This document shows, in pieces, positions 18,983 through 29,067 of a stretch of 64,000 bases of DNA. Every line of letters begins with the position of its first letter. Position 1 is the first letter of the stretch. A program made the position numbers and the translations under genes. The notes below the pieces were generated by a model that was not told the DNA's origin, did not search any database, and saw nothing but the letters and a program-made list of their open reading frames with translations. Where the stretch lies: positions 734 through 64,733 of the forward strand of contig RQOP01000076.1 of NCBI GenBank assembly GCA_008373095.1, given 5' to 3'. This stretch comes from SAR202 cluster bacterium (GTDB taxonomy: Bacteria > Chloroflexota > Dehalococcoidia > Lucifugimonadales > UBA826).

Positions 18983-20143
18983 GTGATAGAACAGCTAATT
19001 GATTTTATAAAAACTACGGGTTTAGCCAATATGGATTGGCGAGATGTAGTTATGATATGTGTCGGTCTGTCATTTATATATCTTGCGATAAAAAAAGATT
19101 GGGAACCATATGAGCTGCTGCCAATTGGCCTCGGGATAATCGCTGCTAATTTGCCTTTGACAGGTCTAATAACACCACCTACGAGCGATTCTTTGAACCA
19201 AGAGGCTGGAATATTTGGAATCTTTTTTCATTATGGGTTGTCTTTTTGGAATATATTGCCCCCAATTATTTTCCTTGGGATCGGGGCTTTGACCGATTTT
19301 GGCCCAGTGATAGCCAATCCTAAAACATTGCTCCTAGGTGCTGCGGCCCAGATTGGTATATTTATAGCTTTTTGGGGTGCCTTAATTACCGGGTCACTTG
19401 GGATGAATTTTGGGATTGAAGAAGCGGCATCAATTGGAATTATTGGTGGCGCCGACGGCCCTACTACTATATTCTTATCGGCTCGTCTGGCACCTGACAT
19501 ATTAGGTATAACCGCCGTTATCGCATATTCCTACATGGCAGCGGTTGCCTTTATTCAGCCTCCTTTAATGAAGCTATTTACAACAGAAAAGGAGCGGCAA
19601 ATAATTATGCGACCGCTCAGAGAAGTATCGAAGCTTGAAAAACTAATTTTCCCGAACGTGGCTCTTATCGCAATCATATTGGTAGTTCCTAAATCGGCCC
19701 CTTTGATAGCAATGTTTATGATAGGGAATTTATTTAGAGAAAGTGGAGCAGTACCGCGTTTGACAAAATCAGCTTCTAACGAGATTTTGAATATTGCCAC
19801 TATTTTCCTTATGATCACTGTAGGTACCCAGCTTACTGCAGATAGAGTATTCGATTGGCAAACCATCGTTATATTACTTCTCGGGCTAGTTGCTTTCTCA
19901 TGCGGTACCATAGGAGGAATATTATTCGCAAAGATCATGAATCTGTTCTTGAAGGAAAAAATAAATCCTCTTATCGGTTCAGCTGGGGTGTCCGCAGTGC
20001 CGATGGCAGCCCGTATTTCACACCATATGGGTCAACAGGCCAACCCTAACAATTTTTTGTTACCCCATGCTATGGGCCCGAACGTCGCAGGCGTTATAGG
20101 ATCTGCAGTTATCGCGGGTGTTTTCATTTCTTTGGTGGTGTAG
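18983..20143 (+). CDS. sodium ion-translocating decarboxylase, beta subunit (OadB/MmdB/GcdB family)
   Basis: 386-aa polytopic protein. YELLPIGLGIIAANLP, GADGPTTIF and GSAGVSAVPMAARISH are typical of the OAD_beta family. Confidence 0.88.
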   Translation: MIEQLIDFIKTTGLANMDWRDVVMICVGLSFIYLAIKKDWEPYELLPIGLGIIAANLPLTGLITPPTSDSLNQEAGIFGIFFHYGLSFWNILPPIIFLGIGALTDFGPVIANPKTLLLGAAAQIGIFIAFWGALITGSLGMNFGIEEAASIGIIGGADGPTTIFLSARLAPDILGITAVIAYSYMAAVAFIQPPLMKLFTTEKERQIIMRPLREVSKLEKLIFPNVALIAIILVVPKSAPLIAMFMIGNLFRESGAVPRLTKSASNEILNIATIFLMITVGTQLTADRVFDWQTIVILLLGLVAFSCGTIGGILFAKIMNLFLKEKINPLIGSAGVSAVPMAARISHHMGQQANPNNFLLPHAMGPNVAGVIGSAVIAGVFISLVV

Positions 20144-20146
20144 CAG

Positions 20147-20542
20147 ATGAAAATTCGAGTGGAAGGTAAATGGTATTTCGTTGAGGTAGAAGACTCTTCT
20201 TCTGATCCTGCTGTGGTTTTAGTGGATGGACAAAAATTTGAGGTCAAGTTACAAGACACCGCCTCTTTAATCGAGTCTGAAAAGCCTTCTGATGAGAACA
20301 CATCTAAATCTGGAACGATGATGGGAAATGGACAAGAATTTAAAAGTCCTATGCCTGGTACGGTAATCACGATTTTGGTTAGAATCGGACAAGAAGTCAA
20401 AGTTGGCCAAGACATGATTGTTTTGGAGTCTATGAAGATGCAGCAGACTCTTAAGGCGGATACTAATGGTACGGTTGTTGATATAGCGGTGTCTGAGGGC
20501 GATCAGATATTAGATGGCGACCTTATTCTTCTAATTAAATAA
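20147..20542 (+). CDS. free-standing biotin carboxyl carrier protein (MmdC/GcdC-like)
   Basis: C-terminal biotinyl domain PMPGTVITILVRIGQEVKVGQDMIVLESMKMQQTLKA with the biotinyl-lysine in the MKM motif. Confidence 0.85.
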   Translation: MKIRVEGKWYFVEVEDSSSDPAVVLVDGQKFEVKLQDTASLIESEKPSDENTSKSGTMMGNGQEFKSPMPGTVITILVRIGQEVKVGQDMIVLESMKMQQTLKADTNGTVVDIAVSEGDQILDGDLILLIK

Positions 20543-21127
20543 CTATTGGTCCAAGTCTTTTAATGCGGATTCGGCAATTCGCAACTCTTCTGTCTCTCTC
20601 ACGGGATGAATAAGATTCACAGCCAATTGCAGCTCTCTTTGGGCTTCCTGGATATTGCCTTCGGTTTTGTATATTAATCCCAGATAAAGATGAGTGCCAC
20701 CCAAATCAATATCTAAAGTCATCGCCTTTTGTAGATCTTTTTTGGCTAACTCAAATCTTTCTAGGTGATAATAAGCTGCACCTCTAGATTTATAAGCTAT
20801 GGCGAGATCAGGCATCCTCTTGATTAGAGTAGAAAATGCGTTAACTGATTCAGTGAACTGCTCTGCTCTCAGTAAATTGAGACCTCTGTTGTAGAGAAAA
20901 AGAGCTTCAATTTCTGGGGTTGGAGTTGCTTTTGCAGGTTCTGACGGAGTTTTAGTAGGAGATTCTTCAATTTGAATTACTGTAGGTAGGGGTATTTCTG
21001 TGGCTGCAGAAAAAGTAGTGGTGTTTGAGTTATTATCACAAGATATAAACAAAGAAACTGTAACCAGCGCTATACCTAAAGTCGTACGGAAAGGCTTTAT
21101 AATTTTCAGATTGGATTTTTGTAACAT
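20543..21127 (-). CDS. TPR-repeat lipoprotein
   Basis: Signal peptide plus lipobox (LFISC), a Thr/Pro linker, then three TPR-like units (e.g. AIAYKSRGAAYYHLERFELAKKDLQKAMTLD). Confidence 0.7.
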   Translation of the reverse strand: MLQKSNLKIIKPFRTTLGIALVTVSLFISCDNNSNTTTFSAATEIPLPTVIQIEESPTKTPSEPAKATPTPEIEALFLYNRGLNLLRAEQFTESVNAFSTLIKRMPDLAIAYKSRGAAYYHLERFELAKKDLQKAMTLDIDLGGTHLYLGLIYKTEGNIQEAQRELQLAVNLIHPVRETEELRIAESALKDLDQ

Positions 21128-21192
21128 GTGATTTAGAAAATTTTGTGTCGCGAGGAGTCTATTAGAAGATTAATTCTAACAGTTTATTTAAA

Positions 21193-21717
21193 GTGGAGGA
21201 CGCATTGATAAGAACTCTTGAAGATAAAACACCAGTAATTCATCCTACTGCTTTTGTGAGTGAGGCAGCATATGTAGTGGGAGATGTAGAAATAGGTGAA
21301 GGTTCTAGTATCTGGCCTGGGACTGTTATACGTGGAGACAGTGGGAAGGTGAAAATTGGCAAATACACCAATATTCAAGATAACTCTGTAGTTCATGGGG
21401 ATGCCGATTTAGAGATTGGTGACTATGTAACTGTAGGGCATAGGGTTATGTGCCATGCTAAATTTATAGGACATCAGTCCCTCATTGGAAATGGATCCAT
21501 ACTTAATGATGGGGTGATCATTGGTGAAAACAGTGTTGTTGGTTCAGGTGCTATGTTGTTGGAAAACATGGATATACCGGAAAAATCTATTGTTGTTGGT
21601 ATGCCTGGAAGGGTTAGAGGAGAGGCTCAACAAAAACATTTTGATCTTCAGGAGGAGTTGGCAAAACTTTACTCCGATAAGGCCAAGAGATATAAGAATC
21701 AGGGGAATTTGGAATAA
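21193..21717 (+). CDS. gamma-carbonic-anhydrase-like hexapeptide-repeat protein (YrdA/PaaY/CaiE family)
   Basis: P.IHPTAFVSEAAYVVGDVEIGEGSSIWPGTVIRGDSGKVKIGKYTNIQDNSVVH shows left-handed beta-helix repeats with the His ligand pattern. GTG start. Confidence 0.82.
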   Translation: MEDALIRTLEDKTPVIHPTAFVSEAAYVVGDVEIGEGSSIWPGTVIRGDSGKVKIGKYTNIQDNSVVHGDADLEIGDYVTVGHRVMCHAKFIGHQSLIGNGSILNDGVIIGENSVVGSGAMLLENMDIPEKSIVVGMPGRVRGEAQQKHFDLQEELAKLYSDKAKRYKNQGNLE

Positions 21718-21723
21718 TATATG

Positions 21724-22497
21724 TCAGGAGATAATTAGTGGGGATCCATGTTCAGGGTGGGGGATAATGCTTACTTCTGACCCATAGATGGCTTCAATGT
21801 TATTTTTTGTTAACACTTCTTCAGGGGTTCCGTCTACAGCGACAATACCTTCAGAGAAAAGAATAACTCGATCGCTGAATTGGGCCGCTATATTTAGATC
21901 GTGGATTGCTAAAATAGTTGCACCATCATTTGACTTTTGATCATGTATTTTTTTTATCAAGCTCATTACTTTCGTCTGGTGTGATATATCTAGGTTCGAA
22001 GTTGGCTCGTCCAAGAGCATTATTGGTGAGCGTTGCGTCATGGCTAAAGCTAACATTATTCTTTGCCTTTCTCCACCTGAGACTTCACCTAACTTTCTTT
22101 GAATAAGATGATCTATTTCAGTAAGGTCTATGGATTCTTGTGCAATTTTGAAATCTGCTGCTGATTCCCATTGCAGTAATTTTAAGTGAGGGTTACGCCC
22201 CAGCATTATGAAATCAGTAATGCCCATTTCCAGCGGTAAATTTGGGTTTTGGGGTACCAATGATATTAAAAGAGCCCTTTCTTTATGACTAAGATTCTCG
22301 CTCAACTGATCGTAGATATGAATCTGTCCGGAAGCTGGTTCTAACACCCCAGAAATCAACTTGAGAAGCGTTGTTTTGCCAGCTCCGTTAGGCCCAACTA
22401 GAGAAACCAATTGGCCCGGGACAAAGTCTAAATTAATTTTTTTTATGACATCCTCATGGCCGTAGTTATAAGAAACGTCTTGTATTTTAATAGCCAT
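21724..22497 (-). CDS. btuD: ABC transporter ATP-binding protein, FecE/BtuD type
   Basis: Walker A GPNGAGKTT, signature VSGGERQR and Walker B MLLDEPTSNLD. It is the last gene of the riboswitch-controlled operon. Confidence 0.85.
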   Translation of the reverse strand: MAIKIQDVSYNYGHEDVIKKINLDFVPGQLVSLVGPNGAGKTTLLKLISGVLEPASGQIHIYDQLSENLSHKERALLISLVPQNPNLPLEMGITDFIMLGRNPHLKLLQWESAADFKIAQESIDLTEIDHLIQRKLGEVSGGERQRIMLALAMTQRSPIMLLDEPTSNLDISHQTKVMSLIKKIHDQKSNDGATILAIHDLNIAAQFSDRVILFSEGIVAVDGTPEEVLTKNNIEAIYGSEVSIIPHPEHGSPLIIS

Positions 22498-23566
22498 TTT
22501 CTATTGTCCTTTTGGACTTTAGTAACAGGTAAACAAAGAAAGGAGATCCTACTAATGCAGTTATGATACCGACCGGTAATTCGACTGGACTTATAATGGT
22601 CCGAGCTGTTAAGTCTGCAAGAACTAGAAAAGCGGCCCCAGCGATTCCTGAAAGTGGCAAAATCGTTCTGTAATCAGTACCCCATAACAGGCGAATCACA
22701 TGAGGTGCTATCAATCCCACAAATCCTATCAACCCACTAAATGAAACTGCAGCTGAAGTCATCAAAGTTGCTGAGATTATTAGAACTCGTTTGGTCTTCT
22801 CCACGTCCACCCCTAGTGATTCTGAATAATATTCTTCGAGTTGCATAGTGTTCAATATTCGGCTGTACCCTAAAATAAATATTGTTCCCACTGCCATGTA
22901 TGGAATCATTAATATTGAATGATTCCATTGAGCTCTAATAAATCCACCCATAAGCCAGCTTAGCAATGGTCTCAAGTCTGGATCACTTCTTAACATAAGA
23001 ATTCCGGTAATTGCGGTGGCAAATGCACCGATAGCTAAACCTGCTAATAGCAGAGTGGATAGTTGGGTATCTCCAGAGTTATGTGAGATGAGGTAGGCTA
23101 TATAAACAGCTGCAAGTCCGCCACAAAATGAGGCAACAGGAAGAAGGCTGAAATATCCATATGTAAAGGGCAGTCCTGTTAAAAACACCAAGGTGGCCCC
23201 AAGTGAGGCTCCAGATGCTACTCCAATGAGATAGGGGTCTGCTAAAGGATTTTTAAATAAACCTTGGTAGGTAGCCCCTGAAATTCCTAGGGATGCCCCT
23301 ACTAGTAAGGCTAGTACAACTCTTGGGAATCGTATGTCCCAGATTATTGTATGTGATGACGGGGTCAGATGATCTGACCCTTGGAAAAAAAATAATTTGG
23401 AAAACAAAATCGAGAATATGGAAAAAGCAGGTATGTACACGGAACCGATGGCCACTGCGGATAGGGCACAAGCCGCAGTTATGAATATCCCAATCAATAT
23501 TTTTTTCCAAGGATAGGTATAGGCTGATAGCAAATCCCTATCGCCTGTGCTTTCTAGCGGTTTCAT
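22487..23566 (-). CDS. btuC: FecCD-family ABC permease (cobalamin/siderophore type)
   Basis: 359 aa with about 9-10 TM segments. IWDIRFPRVVLALLVGASLGISGATYQGLFKNPLADPYLIGVASGASLGA is the FecCD signature region. Confidence 0.85.
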   Translation of the reverse strand: MKPLESTGDRDLLSAYTYPWKKILIGIFITAACALSAVAIGSVYIPAFSIFSILFSKLFFFQGSDHLTPSSHTIIWDIRFPRVVLALLVGASLGISGATYQGLFKNPLADPYLIGVASGASLGATLVFLTGLPFTYGYFSLLPVASFCGGLAAVYIAYLISHNSGDTQLSTLLLAGLAIGAFATAITGILMLRSDPDLRPLLSWLMGGFIRAQWNHSILMIPYMAVGTIFILGYSRILNTMQLEEYYSESLGVDVEKTKRVLIISATLMTSAAVSFSGLIGFVGLIAPHVIRLLWGTDYRTILPLSGIAGAAFLVLADLTARTIISPVELPVGIITALVGSPFFVYLLLKSKRTIENGY

Positions 23567-24642
23567 TTAAACAAACCTGGGTAAAACTCAAACGCAAGGT
23601 CTTCTACACCTAATATAAATCTTGGACCTGAAATACCAAGATAATCGTCATTTGCTTTGAAGACAGACTTATTTTTTACTGGTAATAAATTTTGGAAAGC
23701 TGGATTTGTATAGATCAATTCTGGGTTGGAACTAATTATGAATTGTGGATTCCTATCTATTATCACTTCTGGACTAAGTTGTCCGTAGTTGTCGACGTCA
23801 TTGGCTATATTTTGAAGTTTCAAGAGGTTGAATACATTTCCCATTAGCGTGTTGCTCCCAGGAGTCCACAAATCACCCACATCTTGAAATACAGAGGGTC
23901 CAGAGTGGTAAGAGCTTAGGACTGACTCTATTTTCCCAACTCTATTTTCAAAGTTTTTCGCTAGTGATTCAGCCTCGTTAGGAGAACCAGTAATTTGTCC
24001 CCATATTCGGAAAGTATTTGCCATTTTCATCAGATTGTCATCAACAGACTCAAGCAAAAGAACTTTGAGCCCAGCTTTTTCTAATTCTTCTTTAAATGTT
24101 GGATAGAACAGGAAAACTAAATCTGGTTCTAGGGCCACGATGCGTTCAATGTTCATATTGAACGCATCTCCTACCTTTTCGATATTTGCTACTTCTGCTG
24201 GATAAGAGACCCAGCTGTGGGTTCCTATTATTCTGTGCCCCTGTCCAATTTTAAAAATAGTTTCGACCGCTGCTGCATCATAGGCGACTATCCTCTCAGG
24301 TGGTTGAGTGAAAACGATGTCTTCACCATTTCTATCTATAACGGTGAGTGGAAATTCAGCAACTAATGTTTGGGTAGGTTCAGGGGTTGGAACAGGAAAA
24401 TATTTATTTTGCCGTTTTCCTTTTTTGTCGGCTGACCCTATTTCTTTAAGAACTGTAGTGGGTATTATCGCAGCAATAGGGGTTGCGGGAAGTAATTGGT
24501 TATAGGTTTTAGTAGGAGCTGGTAGCGGTGTTGAGGCAGGAGCGGCAGGATTTGGATTTTTAGGATCAGTACTTGAGCATGCAAAGGTAGCTAAAATAAA
24601 GGCAATGGTTAGGGAGCAAGACAATAAGATCTTTTTGAGCAA
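23563..24642 (-). CDS. btuF: periplasmic binding lipoprotein, BtuF/FhuD-type (cluster A type 2)
   Basis: The track ORF extends to 24744, but that extension runs through the riboswitch terminator hairpin. I place the start at TTG 24640-24642, preceded by AAAGGAAAA, giving MLKKILLSCSLTIAFILATFAC with a lipobox. The mature part (PERIVAYDAAAVETIF..G....I.G...) matches the Peripla_BP_2 family. Confidence 0.78.
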   Translation of the reverse strand: MLKKILLSCSLTIAFILATFACSSTDPKNPNPAAPASTPLPAPTKTYNQLLPATPIAAIIPTTVLKEIGSADKKGKRQNKYFPVPTPEPTQTLVAEFPLTVIDRNGEDIVFTQPPERIVAYDAAAVETIFKIGQGHRIIGTHSWVSYPAEVANIEKVGDAFNMNIERIVALEPDLVFLFYPTFKEELEKAGLKVLLLESVDDNLMKMANTFRIWGQITGSPNEAESLAKNFENRVGKIESVLSSYHSGPSVFQDVGDLWTPGSNTLMGNVFNLLKLQNIANDVDNYGQLSPEVIIDRNPQFIISSNPELIYTNPAFQNLLPVKNKSVFKANDDYLGISGPRFILGVEDLAFEFYPGLFK

Positions 24643-24690
24643 TTTATTTTCCTTTCTATTATAAGACTTTTTAAATTTGGTCTTTAGCAG

Positions 24691-24722
24691 GAAAATAAAT
24701 GGCCCACATGCATTTGTGGGCC
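24691..24722 (-). terminator. intrinsic terminator forming the riboswitch expression platform
   Basis: The minus strand reads GGCCCACA-AATGCA-TGTGGGCC followed by ATTTATTTT. An upstream GGCCGG can alternatively pair with the CCGGCC that overlaps the 5' arm of the terminator, giving an antiterminator. Confidence 0.6.
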
Positions 24723-24771
24723 GGCGGGAGGGTTTGTGTATCAACCCGGCCTTTCCGCGAAGACCTAGATG

Positions 24772-24881
24772 ATGGTACTTAGTGGTTGACCGGACTTGTC
24801 TTATGAAAGACCTACCGTTGCGGGACAGTGTCGGACTTTGACCGACTTCCTCTTTTAAACCCTAAAGGGCACTTGCACCAT
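24772..24881 (-). promoter_or_regulatory. cobalamin (B12) riboswitch aptamer
   Basis: The minus strand reads ATGGT-GCAAGTGCCC..AAAAGAGGAAGTCGGTCAAAGTCCGACACTGTCCCGCAACGGTAGG....GACAAGTCCGGTCAACCACT..ACCAT. This matches the conserved core GGAA-N-GGTGAAAATCC-N-GC-N-G-CCCGC-N-ACTGT, plus a B12-box-like AGTCCGG..CC, closed by a P1 helix ATGGT/ACCAT. It lies directly upstream of a BtuFCD-type operon. Confidence 0.8.
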
Positions 24882-24948
24882 GAATATATTCAATTTTTAA
24901 CCCCCCCATAAAACCATGAGGGGTGTGTTCTTGTCAATTTATCTGAAT

Positions 24949-27900
24949 TTACTCTTCTATAATTCCTTGAGGTTCTTCTAGTCCATTTATATCACTGTCT
25001 AAAATGGAAATATCTGAACCATCCTCCAAAGCTGGTGGAGGTGGGGAGTCAGGCAGTTGTGCGGTGTCAAACATTTTGTCCAGTTCAGCCACTCCCAACT
25101 TCTCCCTTCCCTCTTCTGTAATGTCATAGCGGGCTGGAATTAGTCGTCCGATTATTACATTTTCCTTCAATCCGGACAGAACATCTCTTTTTCCAGTGAC
25201 TGCTGACTCAGTTAAAACTCTGGTTGTTTCTTGGAATGAAGCAGCTGCTAAGAAACTATCCATATGTAGAGAGGCCCGAGTTATTCCCAATAATATGGGT
25301 ACAGCAGTGGCAGGGTCTCCGCCTTCAGCAATTACCTCACCGTTTTTCTCCTCAAATTCCTTTCGATCCATTGGATCTCCAGGTAGGAATTCTGTGTCTC
25401 CTGCCTCATTGACTTGCACTCGCCTTAGCATCTGTCTGATGATGGTTTCAATATGTTTGTCATGTATTGGTACTCCCTGTGATCGGTATACCTTCTGCAC
25501 TTCTTCAATCAAATAGGATTGAACGGCCTCTCTTCCCTGGATTTCCAGAATTTGCTGAGGGTTTTTAGGTCCTGAAGTAATGGCTTGCCCTGCCTCAACT
25601 TCATCACCTTCAGTTATTTCTAGGTGCGATGCTGCCGGAATTGCATACTCTCTTTGTTCTTCGTCTGTCCAGGTAATTGTTATTGTCGAACCATCGATTC
25701 CGACCGTTCCTGAATTACGAGCGTGAATTACCGAATCGTCCTCAGAGTTTTTGGCAGTTGCGATCGGGGTTCCAATTATTACTGTGCTGCCCTTTTTTAC
25801 GGTAGCTTTATAACCGTCTAGGTTATATTCATCCACCAATTCTTCCGAATTTATTATGCGGACGGTACGACCCTCAGGGGTTTCAATTATTTCAGCCTTT
25901 CCTGAAATTTCTGATAATACTGCCGCGCCGCGCGGGGATCTCGCTTCAAATAATTCTTCAACTCTGGGTAGACCACTTGTTATATCTGCTCCAGCTACGC
26001 CACCAGTGTGGAAAGTTCTCATTGTCAATTGGGTACCTGGTTCCCCAATACTTTGAGCAGCTATTATTCCGACTGCATCCCCAATCATTATCGGTTGTAA
26101 ATTAGCCAGAGATAGGCCATAGCACAGTTTACAAAGCCCCTTTTCAGCTTGGCAGGATAGTGGAGATCTTACTTCCACCATATTGACTTTCAATTCTTTT
26201 AAGGTGTCAATATCCTCTTCTTTTAAGGGTTGGTTGGCTTCTATGATTATTTCACCAGTTTCTGGGTTTGCAATTGGCACGGCTGTGTATCTATATTTAA
26301 TCCTGTCATAGAACAAGTCTTTTAATGTGTCGTCGTGATAGTCCTCTACCACAATTCCTTGGGTTGATCCACAGTCTTCTATGGTAACTATCACTTCTTG
26401 AGCAACGTCTATGAGTCTTCTGGTAAGGTATCCACTATCCGCTGTCCTTAATGCTGTGTCAGCTAGCCCTTTTCTTGCTCCATGAGTCGAAATAAAATAT
26501 TCAAGGACAGTTAATCCTTCCCGAAAGTTGGATTTTATTGGCCTATCAATTATTCGGCCTCGTGGATTAGACATAAGGCCTCTCATTCCCGCCATTTGCC
26601 TAATTTGTGCTATGTTTCCTTTAGCTCCTGAGTTGGCCATCATGTAAATTCCTCCGTAGTTCGGGAGGTCTTCGGCTATAACTTGGGTTAGTTTATCGTT
26701 TGCATCAGTCCATATTCTGACCGTAGCATTGTAACGTTCATCTTCCGTTATCAATCCGTCCATGTATTGCTCTTCAAGCTGATTCACTGCTTCCTCAGCT
26801 TCACTCACGATATCTGCCTTCTTCGTCGAAACTTTCACATCGTTAATTGCTATAGAAACACCTGATTTTGACGAGTTCCTGAATCCGAGATTTTTAATAT
26901 CGTCCAAGACTACGGCAGCTTCCTCGTTCCCCAACAGTCTGAAACAGTTACCAGTTATCTCTTTCAGTTTGTTTCTTTCGACTTCTTCGTTTACGTACGG
27001 TAAATCCTTTGGAAGGACATTATTAAATAGAATCCGCCCAACGGTAGTGTCCATTAATTCCCCGGACTCGTTACGGGCATGTATGGGAGCTCTAAGAGCT
27101 ATCGCACCCACTTCGTGGGCCAGTATCGCATCTTCAAAACTGGCAAATCGCTTTCCAATGCCATGTGCGTTTTCATCGATGGAAGTCATGTAATAACACC
27201 CAAGAACCATATCTAAGGAAGGGGTGACGATAGGTTCCCCCGAGCTTGGAGCCAGCATGTTAAAGGTACTCAGCATCAGCTTTCTTGCTTCTAGTACTGC
27301 GATCCTCGATAGAGGGACATGTACTGCCATTTGGTCCCCATCAAAGTCCGCATTGAAGGCTGTACACACCAATGGATGAACCCGTATTGCACTTCCTTCT
27401 ATAAGGACTGGTTCAAAGGCTTGTATTCCGAGCCTATGCAGAGTTGGGGCACGGTTCAGTAATACGGGACGTTCTTTGACGACTTCCCCTAGTATTTCCC
27501 AAACTTCTGATCTATTGCGCTCTGCTAGTCTTTTAGCACTTCTTATATTGTGTGCGTAGCCTTTCAAAACTAGTCGATGCATTACAAATGGTTTAAATAA
27601 TTCTAATGCCATTCGCCTAGGTAAACCACATTCGTTTAACTTCAATTCAGGTCCTGCAATAATTACGGATCTTCCACTATAGTCGACACGTTTCCCCAGC
27701 AAATTTTGTCTGAACCTTCCTTGTTTTCCTCTCAGAAGGTCTGATAAAGATTTGAGTTTATGGTTATGGCTTCCTGCTACAGCCCTGCCTCTCCTTCCAT
27801 TGTCTATCAACGCATCCACCGATTCTTGGAGCATACGCTTTTCGTTTCGTATGATAATCTCAGGTGCCTGTAATTCTATAAGGCGGCTAAGCCTATTATT

Positions 27901-29022
27901 TCGATTTATTACCCTTCTATAGAGATCATTTAGGTCGCTGGTGGCAAACCTACCACCATCCAGTTGAACCATTGGCCTCAAATCTGGCGGTAGAACTGGT
28001 AAATTGGTTAGGATCATCCATTCCGGCCTGTTCGTGCTTTTCCGGAATGATTCAACTACACGTAGTCTTTTGATAGCCTTTTTTCTTCTCTGACCAGAGG
28101 TGGATTGCATTTCCTCTTGTAGCTCATCCCGAAGTTCATCAAGGTCTATATGGTTTTGGAGTACATACAATACTGACTCAGCCCCCATGCCAGCTTGGAA
28201 TACCCCAGGGAAGTTATCTCGGTTGTCTCTGTATTGAGTTTCAGTTAGTAACCTGGTTACTTGAATTTCTTCCAAGGAAGTTATTTGATTTTCAATATTA
28301 TTCAGTATTTCTTCAAACTCATCATTAGTCTCAGATATTAGTTCCTCGATTTTCTCATCGCGTTCTTTTTCTATAGATTCGATTTTGGCGAGGGTTTCTT
28401 TTGTATCTTTCTCATCCTTGGATGCATCATCTTCGGAATCGGAATCTTGTTCTTCCTTTATAACTTGGAGAGGATCTATTTGTGATTGATATTCTTCAAT
28501 TATTGTGTTTTCTATTGATTCTATTTTTGTATCTTTTTCTACTGTTCTTTCTTCTAAAGTTGAGTGGAGTTGCTCTAGTAACTGACTTTTCAATTCCTTA
28601 TCGACATCGGTTACCAGATATTGTGCGAAATAAAGAACTCGGTCCAAGTTCCTTGGGGACAAATCCAATAGCAAGCCCAACCTGCTCGGAGTGCCTTTTG
28701 AAAACCAGATGTGAGCCACTGGGGCCGCCAGCTCTATATGACCCATTCGCTCCCTTCTTACTTTGGAGCGTGCTACCTCGACCCCACATCGATCGCACGT
28801 CACCCCTCGAAACCTTATTTTCTTATATTTTCCACAGTAGCATTCCCAGTCTTTTGTCGGACCGAATATTCTTTCGCAAAATAGGCCATCCTTTTCCGGT
28901 CTCAATGTCCTGTAATTGATCGTCTCCGGTTTTGTTACTTCACCCCAAGACCATCTCTGTACATCATTTGGAGATGCTAGTGAGATTGTTATTGCGTCGA
29001 AATCATTTCCTGGTTGGGCCAT
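24949..29022 (-). CDS. rpoC: DNA-directed RNA polymerase subunit beta'
   Basis: 1357 aa. It carries the N-terminal Zn finger [23 protein letters not shown], the catalytic [12 protein letters not shown] motif, and trigger-loop and bridge-helix regions. Confidence 0.97.
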   Translation of the reverse strand: MAQPGNDFDAITISLASPNDVQRWSWGEVTKPETINYRTLRPEKDGLFCERIFGPTKDWECYCGKYKKIRFRGVTCDRCGVEVARSKVRRERMGHIELAAPVAHIWFSKGTPSRLGLLLDLSPRNLDRVLYFAQYLVTDVDKELKSQLLEQLHSTLEERTVEKDTKIESIENTIIEEYQSQIDPLQVIKEEQDSDSEDDASKDEKDTKETLAKIESIEKERDEKIEELISETNDEFEEILNNIENQITSLEEIQVTRLLTETQYRDNRDNFPGVFQAGMGAESVLYVLQNHIDLDELRDELQEEMQSTSGQRRKKAIKRLRVVESFRKSTNRPEWMILTNLPVLPPDLRPMVQLDGGRFATSDLNDLYRRVINRNNRLSRLIELQAPEIIIRNEKRMLQESVDALIDNGRRGRAVAGSHNHKLKSLSDLLRGKQGRFRQNLLGKRVDYSGRSVIIAGPELKLNECGLPRRMALELFKPFVMHRLVLKGYAHNIRSAKRLAERNRSEVWEILGEVVKERPVLLNRAPTLHRLGIQAFEPVLIEGSAIRVHPLVCTAFNADFDGDQMAVHVPLSRIAVLEARKLMLSTFNMLAPSSGEPIVTPSLDMVLGCYYMTSIDENAHGIGKRFASFEDAILAHEVGAIALRAPIHARNESGELMDTTVGRILFNNVLPKDLPYVNEEVERNKLKEITGNCFRLLGNEEAAVVLDDIKNLGFRNSSKSGVSIAINDVKVSTKKADIVSEAEEAVNQLEEQYMDGLITEDERYNATVRIWTDANDKLTQVIAEDLPNYGGIYMMANSGAKGNIAQIRQMAGMRGLMSNPRGRIIDRPIKSNFREGLTVLEYFISTHGARKGLADTALRTADSGYLTRRLIDVAQEVIVTIEDCGSTQGIVVEDYHDDTLKDLFYDRIKYRYTAVPIANPETGEIIIEANQPLKEEDIDTLKELKVNMVEVRSPLSCQAEKGLCKLCYGLSLANLQPIMIGDAVGIIAAQSIGEPGTQLTMRTFHTGGVAGADITSGLPRVEELFEARSPRGAAVLSEISGKAEIIETPEGRTVRIINSEELVDEYNLDGYKATVKKGSTVIIGTPIATAKNSEDDSVIHARNSGTVGIDGSTITITWTDEEQREYAIPAASHLEITEGDEVEAGQAITSGPKNPQQILEIQGREAVQSYLIEEVQKVYRSQGVPIHDKHIETIIRQMLRRVQVNEAGDTEFLPGDPMDRKEFEEKNGEVIAEGGDPATAVPILLGITRASLHMDSFLAAASFQETTRVLTESAVTGKRDVLSGLKENVIIGRLIPARYDITEEGREKLGVAELDKMFDTAQLPDSPPPPALEDGSDISILDSDINGLEEPQGIIEE

Positions 29023-29067
29023 TTCAAATTCTCCGTGAAAATTAAGGGATTAGAGGTAGATCCTTGA

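Noticed and set aside
24895-24948. Hairpin CCCCTCAT-GGTTTT-ATGGGGGG after the rpoC stop as an intrinsic terminator
   Set aside because: The stem includes a G-U pair and is followed by TTAAAAATT rather than a clean U-tract. It is plausible but too weak to list as a feature.
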